Shown here: piece after piece, positions 53,430 through 64,000 of the stretch
Position numbering within the stretch: position 1 is the stretch's first letter
How the letters are laid out: each line of letters opens with the position of its first letter
Assembly: GCF_006345805.1 (NCBI RefSeq)
Contig: NC_042997.1
Span: 102,920,001 to 102,984,000, forward strand
Direction: 5' to 3'
DNA: 64,000 nt
Origin: Octopus sinensis
Lineage: Eukaryota
The notes under the pieces: model-generated
The model's database searches: none
What the model saw: only the letters and a program-made list of their open reading frames with translations
What the model was told of the DNA's origin: nothing
Translations under genes and position numbers: made by a program

Positions 53430-53633
53430 TTGCATTACTTGAAATGAGAGATATGGAAAAAGATGAAAAAAATATTGCCGATTTGTTGTCTGAAAGTTTA
53501 CCTAAGTTCATAGGTGAACAATTGTAGTATTTTTGGAAACACGATAATGTTTATTGGTGGTGCTCTCCTAGCATGCAGCAGTTTGATGTCTTTTCTAAAA
53601 TCACAGCGTTATTTTTTTCAAAGCAAGTCTGGT
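53430..53633 (+). pseudogene. Exon-like segment with one in-frame TAG; 3' part duplicated at about 55250-55345
   Basis: T-rich tract ..TTATAG| acceptor and |GTATGT donor. Reads ALLEMRDMEKDEKNIADLLSESLPKFIGEQL*YFWKHDNVYWWCSPSMQQFDVFSKITALFFSKQ. Confidence 0.3.
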
Positions 53634-53824
53634 GTATGTGTGCATTTGAGATTGTATGTGTGTGTATGTGTGTATGTATGTGTGTACGCGTGTGCGTTGT
53701 GTGATTATATATGGCTGTAGCTACGTCATCCAATTGTAAACCAATGGATCCGCATAGTGGTAACCAAACCTCACACACAAACACACACGCATACACACAC
53801 TCACACACATAAATGTACGCATGT

Positions 53825-54205
53825 ATCTTTTACTTGTTTCAGTTATAAAACTGCAGCCATCTTGGGGGACCGATTCGAAGAACTTTTAGTAGAATGAATC
53901 AGCCCCAGTACTTATTTTTTCTTTTAAGTCTGGTATTTATTCTAAGGGATGGAAACATATCAACACCGGTTGTCAAGTGATGTTGGGGGACAAATACACA
54001 AAGACACGGCACATACACACATACACGCGCGCACGTACACACATATATGCAATGGGCTTCTTTCAGTTCCTGTCTATCAAATCCATTCACAAGTATTTGA
54101 TCGGTCCGCGGCATTAACAAAAGAAACTTGCCAAAGCTGCCTCGCAGTGGGATATTACCTGGAACGATGTGGTTGGGAAGTAAGCTTCTTACTACACAGC
54201 CACAC
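53825..54205 (-). mobile_element. Old SINE family A copy
   Basis: Diverged homologue of 1085-1476. Confidence 0.75.
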
Positions 54206-54999
54206 CTGCATGTGTATATATATGTGTGTGTGTGAAGGGTGGATGCGTGTATATGTGTATGTGTGTATACCAAAACTCTTTGACACTGGTGTACTGTTTT
54301 TCTGATGTAGTCACGTTGCGTATGGCGTACAGGTTTCTTCCTTTTTTAGTCGGGAAAACACATCATACCAACTGATTTAATGCCACCACCTGATTTAAAG
54401 ATATCTTTAGCAGAGTTTGTTTGTTTGAAAACATTCGAGTGCGGTTACCGTGAACACTCGATGCACCGATACCATTTGCATATCACTAGACCCTGAAACT
54501 AAAACTTGAGCCGCCGGAAATTTCTCACTTCTTTCCTCTGATAACTGTGGATTTCAATTCAACCTAAACTCACACACCACTTCTTACTAAACCGTAAACT
54601 GTATTCCTCTCCGATACACAAATCTTTCAAACCTTACATATAAGCAACTTCTTTTGCTGCTGTTAACGCTGTCGTCTCTTTACCCATTACCTAGCTCCGA
54701 AAGACAATCTCTGCCTATACGTTGATGCTACACACCATACTATCCACCTCTCTTACTCGGATATTAATAACAAAAACTTGCAGGTACTCTGTCTCGGAGC
54801 TGTACTCCCCTACTTCCCACCAATATATCTGCTTTTGTTATTCTTCGGTTGATGGAACTGAAAGAAGTCTGTCGCATCTCTGTATAGCAGAAACATGTGT
54901 CGGTCACAGTAATCAAATAATTATGTTGTATGACCAGCTGTAAAATTAAAAGAATAATATGATGATGTGCCAGTCTCTGTATTCTTTGTAATTGTTTGA

Positions 55000-55652
55000 A
55001 ATCTACAATTTGGATAATATTCATAATCCAGAATAGCGAACCCGGAGTTTCCCATCAGAGGTATTACAACGAGATTGCTAATACTTAGCGACCATTGACG
55101 CTTGGTACTACTTGATGCTGTTAACCGTAATCTGGAATATACTCGAGAGCTACCACGGTACACGCCTGGATTATTTTATCTCTATTCACTCAGATTACAC
55201 GCACACACGCACATACACACATGCACACACACACAGTGATATGTGTGTGTGTTTATTGGTGGTGCTTTACTAGCATGCAGCAGTTTGATGTCTTTTCTAT
55301 AATCAGAGCGTTATTTTTTAAAAGCAAGTCTGGTGTATGTTTGTGTTTGAGATTGTATTTGTGAGTATGTGTGTGTGTGTGTGTGTGTGTGTGTTTGAGA
55401 TTGTATGTGTGTGTAAGTATGTGTGTGTATGTTTGAGATTCTATGTGTGTGTATGTGTGTGTGTGTGTGTAATCTGAGTGCATAGGGATAAAATTATCCA
55501 GGCGGGTACCGTGGTAGCTCTCGAGTATATTCCAGGTTACGGCTTACCACATCAGGTAGTACGAGGTATATGAGCAATCTCGCTGTAATTCCTCTGATGG
55601 GAAACTCCCGATTCGCTTTCCTGGATTATGAATATAATCCAGAATGTAGATT
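55000..55652. repeat. Inverted repeat, about 190-bp diverged arms around a about 270-bp spacer
   Basis: 55000-55200 is the reverse complement of about 55467-55652. Confidence 0.8.
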
Positions 55653-56767
55653 CCCACCACCACTTGACAACTGGTGTTGGTTTGTTTACATCCCCGTGAC
55701 TTAGTGATTCGGCAAAGAAAGACGTTAGAGTAAGTGCCAAGGTTAACAAAAATGTACTGGAGTCGATCTGTTGTCCGACTAAGGCTGTTCCCCAGCATGG
55801 CCGCAGTCCAATGACTGAAACAAGTAAAATATAAAAGAGAAAGATAAAAACAATAAATGATAAATAAAAAGGATCTCAGAGGATTAATAACTTGCTGAAA
55901 TGATGTGCGATAGTATTATTTATTTATTTGTATAAACAAATTTATTTCATAGGCTCAATACCAAATGGGAGCAATAACATAAAGTCTGTACAGTTTTGAG
56001 TAACAAGCCTATGTTTTCGGTGGCACTCACACAAGTGAAAGCAATATTCTGAAAACGGAAACAGTGACGTAAACAGCCAGGACATCTCTGTGTGTGATGA
56101 CGCATTTCTTAGGTGATTCTAAAAGCAGAAAGAAATTTTCTTTTACCACACTCTTGCTGTTATCAGTCTTCAGTCTGTGGCCATGTGGCAGAACTACCTT
56201 GTGGAGCATCAAATGATTAATAACTCTGTGCTGTATCTTTTACTTATATTATCAATGTCTGCTTATCGAATGGCCAATGATTCCCTCTGCATTAAGGAAT
56301 AAATACAAGGAAGCACTTTGTTTGATGCAGCAATTTATCGGTAACACTCAGCCCTACCACGCACTGACTTGAATTTGTAAATAAGTTTATATCCGTACAT
56401 CTGATAGACACACATTTAACTTCGCTGTGCGAGTAGACCACTGAGTAAACTGCAGGATTCCCTTCTAAGGAACGACCTGCATTAAAAATTTGAATAGATT
56501 CTTCGATCGATATAAGCCCATGAAGAGCCGAGAAAGAGAGTGAGAGAGAGAGAGAAACGGAAATAGAGTGACAGAGATTCAGGGAGAGAGAGTGAGAGGA
56601 GAGGGTGAGAGGATGGGGAGATAGGAAGAGAGAGAAAGAAAGAGAAAGAGAAAGCGTGAGTGAGAGGGCAGCTTACAGACATTTAGGTTATCAAAGCATC
56701 GCTCTGTAAAAAGCTAGTAATGATTTTTATGGAATATTTTTCAGCACACACACACACACACTCACCA

Positions 56768-56801
<34 letters not shown>

Positions 56802-56809
56802 CACACACA

Positions 56810-56854
<45 letters not shown>

Positions 56855-57189
56855 CACACACACACACACACAAGTAGGAGAAATATATTTGCTATATTCT
56901 CCGTGGGAGATGGGTAGTTTTGGAGGGTTTTAACTCCTCTTTCATGCAAGCAGGTGCATATCGTACCCTGACTTTTTATTATTTTTATTTTTATTATTAT
57001 TTTGCATATTTGGATTATGCTTGTTGGCCATTTTATTATTATTTTTTATAGATAAAGATAACCAATTTTACTGGGGAAGGTCAGTTTTGGGGTTTGCCCT
57101 GAGTTTCCTGTCCATAAAGGCGTATCGTCAGACCCCAAGACCTGTTGGCCTAAGAGCTGCCAGCGGGTTTAGGGACCCCATCTCCTATA

Positions 57190-58404
57190 TGCCGGAACCC
57201 AACAACCGCAGAAAGAAGCGCCGCAGAAATACAATTTGGTTTGCATTTCCTTCTCCCTTAACACAATAACACCCGTAGGTAGACTATTCCTTAAATTAAT
57301 AGACAAGCACTTCTCTAGCTCCCATAGAAACGGGCACATCTTCAACAGGTACAATGTTAGGGTATTAAGAGTATCCTAGTTAGCACCCCTAGGCCACTGG
57401 AAGAGGAAGGTTGTTCATGTAGGAACCATTACATCTGCCCAGGAGGAGGCCGCTATGAAACCAAAGAGGTCGTATATCAAGCCGAAGTACGAACGAACCC
57501 TGCCAATGCTACCGGCAGGACCAATAGCAGCCGTAGACACGAGGATAGAACCAACAACAGGGTCAGCAACACTACCCCTATCGGACAACATTGGCAACGT
57601 CAATATTAGCAGCACCAATGACACCCCTGACGGCACCACTAGCATCAGCAACAGTAACAACACCATCGACGCCAGCCTTACCAAAAGCTTCCCTGATGTT
57701 CACAGTAGCAGACCTAACAACGCTATAGCCCCTATTGTAGCAGCGGTACCAGGTCCAGTACCAGCACCAGCTATAACAACAGCAACACCAACGGCACCGG
57801 CCCTAGCAGAAGCACCAGCACAAACACAGCCAATAACACCTCTGACAGAAGTAGAAGCCCCTCCACCATCGCTGAAGACCACAATAATAATAATAGTAAT
57901 ATCAACAACATTAACTACAATATTAGCAACAACAGCACCTCCTCCACATAACTGGCAGCGACGATACCATTACCAATGCCACCTCCACACCCACCTTCAG
58001 CAAGATCAACACTAACAGCCCCGGCTCCAGCAACAGCAATTCCGACGACAGCATCATCAGCAGCACACGCAAGGGCGATAACATTAACGACGCACCCACT
58101 ACCTCCCGCGGCACCAACGCCAGCAGCTCCGTCATTAACACTAGTAACTCTAGCGGCACCAATACCAGCAGCCCCGGCACCAACACTGGCAGCCCCAGCT
58201 CCAGCCTCATCAACATCAACAGCAATAACAGCAGCAACCACAGCAACATCAGCGACGGCAGCAACAATAGCAGTAACAACAATAACAGGTGCAGCATCGA
58301 CATCGCACGCCCACGGAGATGCATTGGATGTACTAGGAAGTCCTTCAAGAGACGCGTTTCCAACCATAAATCCTCCTTCAGGGTCCCGGAAAGGAGATAC
58401 CTAA
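57190..58404 (+). mobile_element. Naiad-like PLE linker fragment followed by a about 1-kb Ala/Pro/Thr-rich coding-like tract
   Basis: NNRRKKRRRNTIWF..TPVGRLFLKLIDKHFSSSHRNGHIFNRYNVRV..KSIL, then low-complexity ORFs 57455-58015 and 57976-58404. Confidence 0.65.
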
Positions 58405-58559
58405 CATCGCTGGCCAGCCACGTCTTTATATAATAGTTTCACTTTAATAGTTTCAGTATTAAAGTGAAACTATTAAAGTGAAGGCATCTGACATTACAAT
58501 AGAGAGATGCTTTTGTTTCACTTTTAACAGTTAAAACTGAAATAGTGGAGAAAATATGA

Positions 58560-58737
58560 TATTGCTGTGGGCTCGCCCTAGGCAAGAAGTTAAATTTCCT
58601 TTTGCCCATGACACTACATGGACCCTAATTAAGGCATGTGTACATTTTGAATGAAATTGGTTGTGTAGTTCTCAAGTTTTAGGGATTCACACAGACAGAC
58701 AGACAGACACACATTCTCAGTTTTATATATATAGATA
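58560..58737 (+). mobile_element. HINE/Helentron-like 3' fragment
   Basis: ..TGAAATTGGTTG..CACAGACAGACAGAC..TTTTATATATATAGAT; similar layout to 3536-3860. Confidence 0.4.
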
Positions 58738-59452
58738 TACATATACAAGGTGGCCTAAAATCACAAAGGGTTTAAAATTGGTTGTGCCATTTTGGCGCAA
58801 ATTGAGGACATACCGAAGCACACACATACACACGCACACACAAGCAGACATTTTCAGTTTTAATATGTAAGATGTGTGTGTGCGTGAGTGTATGTGTGTG
58901 TGTATGTGTTTGTGTGTGCGCACGTGTGTGTACATATATATCTGAATTAATTTTCTCATTGATAAAGTGTTCCACTTCAAGCATTTTTGAACTGTGATAT
59001 TCTCATAGTTACATGAGTCTTTACACCCAATGCGGAGCTATTTCATTACACCTACAATATGAGTTGTGTTACTTCAACCATCATTAAGTTATTTCATTAC
59101 AGCCATGGCTGAATTACACTATGTCAACCAAATGAGCTGCTTTAAGGGAATATATAATGTATATAGAAAAAGTGAGTAACCACAAACAAAACAAATCGGC
59201 TTCATCAAGGTCACAATATCTTTTTCAGTACAAACACCTGTAAGTTATTTCTTTACACTCGATATTGAGATTTAACATTAAAACCAACAACAGGTTGCAA
59301 TATTACACAAAACACGTTAGCTCTTATTACAACCAACGCCTGTGTCAATGAAACTATCACCTCTCTATTTTATTGCAATCAACACTGATATTCTAGTCAC
59401 TACTGATATCTCATTACAACCACCCAGGAGGCAATGTTTCATACATATATAT

Positions 59453-59512
<60 letters not shown>

Positions 59513-59685
59513 TTGTGTGTGTGTATACATATATCTGTATGTTTGTGTATATACAGTATACACACACACACACACATATATATATATATGTATGGAATGT
59601 TGAAAAGGAACACACGAATTGATATATATGGAAAAAGTCAAGGTAGAAAATGTTAAAATACTTTTATAAAAAACATTTCAGTACC

Positions 59686-60144
59686 ATAAAGTAGTTGTAT
59701 ACTGTCAACTTAATGCGACAGTCCCATAAAGGAAATCATACTACTGCTATTTAGCCCTAGGAAGCAGCAACGCTTCCCGTCGGTCTTGACACATTTCTGT
59801 GTCCTTATGTTTACAAGGGGGAGACAAGCGAAGCCAGCATTAGGGACGAGATTCTGAGTCTTTCCTCGTTATCAGTCTGGGGTAGCATGGCCTGCTGGTT
59901 GGAGATGCCTATCTAGCTCTTGTAAACATATAAGAAATCTACAAAAATAGAAACAATGCATTTCTAAATATCTCAGAGAGATTTATGCCGTAGTGATACG
60001 ATAAAGTAGTTGTATACTGTCAACTTAATATGACAGTCCCATGAAGGGAATCATACTATTGCTATTTAGTCCTAGGAAGCAGCAATACTTCCTGTCGGCC
60101 TTGACACATTTCCTGTATACTTATGCTTAGAAGGGGAGACAAGC
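59686..60144. repeat. About 144-bp direct repeats (59686-59829, 60001-60144) around a 170-bp interior
   Basis: ATAAAGTAGTTGTATACTGTCAACTTAAT..GGGGAGACAAGC occurs twice with scattered substitutions. Confidence 0.8.
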
Positions 60145-61050
60145 ACCCCCACCCAGCTAAGCCTGCAACCAGAGATTAGTTTTCATAGTATTCAAATACA
60201 AGGGGCATGTTCCTTGTTTCTGCCTGTCTCTGTCTCTCTTATTTACTCTTGTAGGGGATTATTTCTATTTGTGTAATATGCATCAAGTTTTACATTATTA
60301 AAAGTTGATATATGCTTAAATAGGTTTTTGGTTACCGAAAATCCAATCCTTATTATTTTATTATTAATTATAGTACTATATCTATTAGAAGTGAAATGCT
60401 TATCTATGATAGAACGAATTACTCGGATAAGGTTAGTTCTTATCATTTTGCCGTATGGTAAGATAAGCCAGATATTATCATCCTTTTTATTGAGGCATTT
60501 CACGTTGTTTTCGTGTGTATGTTTTATATATGGAAGATGTTACGTTTTAAGGATTTTTTTTAGTTTTCTTTTATTGTTTAGTCTGTAGTTAGGTCCATGT
60601 TGATTGTAATTCATATTTATATTATCGTTATGATTGCAATTATTTCTATTTCTATGATTATGCTTATTAATGTTAATTTTCGGTTCATTTGTATTTATTA
60701 TAATCAAGTCTTCATTTACCTTGTTATTTGTCTGTGGGTTATCATTATGTGTGTCTAATTTAATTTTCTGTTTGTATCCTGCCTTAGCTAATGCTGAGTT
60801 ATAATAATCTTTATTTATATTAAAAATTTCTTGACTAGATGAAAGGTAATTAATTCTACGTTGAATATTTTTAACTAAGCAATTTGTGATTGTTTTATGA
60901 TGATAACTTTCTAAAATGGAAAATATCCCTTGCATTTGAAAGCTATGAAAATATTTTTTTAAAATACATTTCATTTAATTTTAAATTATAATAAAATAAT
61001 AAAATAAGAAGGATTGGATTTTCGGTAATTATTTTTCATACTTTACACTA

Positions 61051-61084
61051 AGTTGAAAAAGTCGCAATGACTGAAACCGGTACT
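61051..61084 (+). ncRNA. Minimal hammerhead, U3-A8 core variant
   Basis: AG UUGAAAA AGUC-GCAAU-GACU GAAAC CG GU A CU. Confidence 0.6.
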
Positions 61085-61177
61085 AAAATGTTCTTCGTGG
61101 TAAAATTATTTTAGCATTTTCTACCTTGTCTTATTTTCCTTATACATATCAATTCGCGTGTTCCTTTTCATCCCTCT

Positions 61178-61267
<90 letters not shown>

Positions 61268-61625
61268 TGGCATCATTGACTCAAAGGCCAAGAGTTTCAT
61301 GAATTTTACTCAGTCTTTTAGCCTTTTAAGGCAAGAACAAGTGATCATAGCAATCTTCTTGCCTCCAGACAATCAGTCTTTGTTTCTCATAATGACATGC
61401 CAGTTTCGGAAAATTCTTGATTATTGAGGTCATTGCCCCTCCTCTTTAAAAATTCTAATTACAAACAGAAAACTATTTGTTTCACATTCTCTGGAACTGG
61501 AGATGATTTCAGCATATCAGGATTATACTTTACGTGTTATTTGACATTCCCTCATTCGGTTTTGTTGTTCAAATATATGTCCCTAACCACTGAGTCATTT
61601 CTTTAAGGTAATTTTACACTTCGTA

Positions 61626-61673
<48 letters not shown>

Positions 61674-61931
61674 CGTGTGTGTGTATGTGTGTGTGTATGC
61701 GTTTGGACATAGGTGGATTTTTATAGACACGCAGGTGTTTCCATCTGTCTATTCTGCAGGTAGCATTGGTTTACCTATGTAAATATATAATATAATCTTG
61801 TATTGCAGTATATGCATGTTTATACGTACATACATATATATGTGTGTGTTTATTTACACACCCAGACCATCCCTCAGACACACACATATACACATATACC
61901 AACACACACGTATATGCATGTAAATAAATAC

Positions 61932-62005
<74 letters not shown>

Positions 62006-62210
62006 GCATATGTACTTGCCCGCACATATATAAATATGCTCATACATGAATGTGGGTACGTGTCTCACGGGTAGCCTTCACATTTTTCTATCCCAAAGAA
62101 TTTTTCTGTTCAGCATTTACATGCTTATATTTATAGTATTTAGGTGCTTCGGGATCCAGTTTTCTCAAATAATTATAGAATTACATATATACATATATAC
62201 ATATATATAT

Positions 62211-62338
<128 letters not shown>

Positions 62339-62560
62339 GTCTCCATCCAGCCACATATATATATCCACAGACACACACGCACAAATCTTAATTGTGAAGT
62401 TTGTGTTAAGTCAGACGAAAATACCTTTTCTGCACATTATATGTTTGTGGACAAACAAAAGTAGGACCAACCAAATGTATTTTATATACAATTTAACCGT
62501 CAAAGAAGATACGGCTATGTTCGCTATTAATAAGTCATAATAATAAAAATAATAATAATA

Positions 62561-63180
<620 letters not shown>

Positions 63181-63201
63181 GATAATAATAATAATAATAA
63201 G

Positions 63202-64000
63202 TCAGATGCTGAAGCAGCAAGAAAAATTCTGGGCAGAAATATGGAGCGAAGAACCCCAACATAATATAAAAACAGACTGGTTGCGGGAATTACAAGAGAA
63301 ATGGAAGGTGGAGTGAATTAAGAACACATAATTACAGGAAGGCTTACGACAGTGTTCCACACTGCTGGCTATTGTAGTAACCAAGAACGCTCGGAGTCAA
63401 TAAGATTATAAATAGCTTTATGAAAAAAATAACTATGAGAGTGTGTCAAGTAGAATTGATATGTGATAATGAATCGCTACGAAGCGTGAAAATTCATAGG
63501 GGCATTTTCCAGGGAGACTTACTTCTCCGCTACGTCGTTGTTAATCACCCTGAGAAATGTACTGAGAAAATCCAGGCTTGCATATGAGTTTATTAAAACC
63601 AAGGTGAAAATAATTTCCTGCTTTTTGTGAGAAAGTCCTGGAGTCTCTGATCCAAACAGTAAGAGTTTTCAGCAAGTATATTGAAATGCGGTCTTGGGTA
63701 AATAAGTGTGCAGTGTTAATTATGAAGAGAGGGTGGAAGATAATCTCCGAATGGTATAAAATTAGCATCATTAGATCGCTATGGAATAATAAGGGATACA
63801 AATAATAAGACGATAAGATTATGGACGGAGAAATGAGAGAAAAGTGTCTTAAGAGTACAAGAGAATAATTAGGAAGGTTCTCGAAACAAAATTAAATGGA
63901 GAGATTATAATTAAAGCAATAAATACATGAGCTATGCCAATATTAATATACACTGCTCTCTTTCTGAAATGGATAAAGGTTGAGCTACAGAACTTGGATA
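63202..64000 (+). mobile_element. Degenerate R4/Dong-like LINE RT fragment, running off the window
   Basis: KFWAEIWS, YRKAYDSVPH, HRGIFQGD, LESLIQTVRVFS, KCAVL, IRKVLETKLNG..IKAINT. Confidence 0.8.

Larger units (their letters stand above)
59625..61140 (-). mobile_element. Degenerate PLE with RT-thumb/linker fragment and inverted 5' pLTR
   Basis: ORFs 60540-60974 and 60243-60503 (IQRRINYLSSSQEIF..YYNSALAKAGY; IW..PY..IIDKHF). 59625-59686 is the reverse complement of 61079-61140. Confidence 0.75.

Noticed and set aside
55590-55652. Hammerhead in the 55-kb inverted repeat
   Set aside because: Only CUGAUGG and a partial stem remain; GAAA, stem III and stem I cannot be completed.

Overview
AT-rich, microsatellite-saturated animal DNA with no intact host gene. 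The three tRNA-derived SINE families and the very long (TA)n, (CA)n and (TATC)n tracts point to an octopus-like coleoid cephalopod, but that is an inference. The window is a mosaic of retroelements. It holds one nearly intact Penelope-like element (PLE; RT + GIY-YIG, 679 aa ORF) and several PLE fragments (Naiad-, Neptune- and Nematis-like). It also holds CR1/L2-group, L1/Tx1-like and R4/Dong-like LINEs, a Tc1 remnant, mariner MITEs, Helentron-like (HINE) fragments and many SINE copies. The main signal is non-coding and invisible to the ORF track. By eye I find about 28 type I hammerhead ribozyme (HHR) motifs, intact or decayed, in about 18 unrelated sequence families. Most lie in short cassettes or fold-back palindromes within (TA)n tracts. 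One family is a 400-bp tandem array with a perfect HHR in each unit, the architecture of a non-LTR retrozyme that could yield circular RNA. Across families the catalytic 3:8 pair covaries (C-G, U-A, G-C), and most families have their own palindromic stem III. All RNA structures were folded by hand and many element boundaries are approximate. Nothing was searched or computed.
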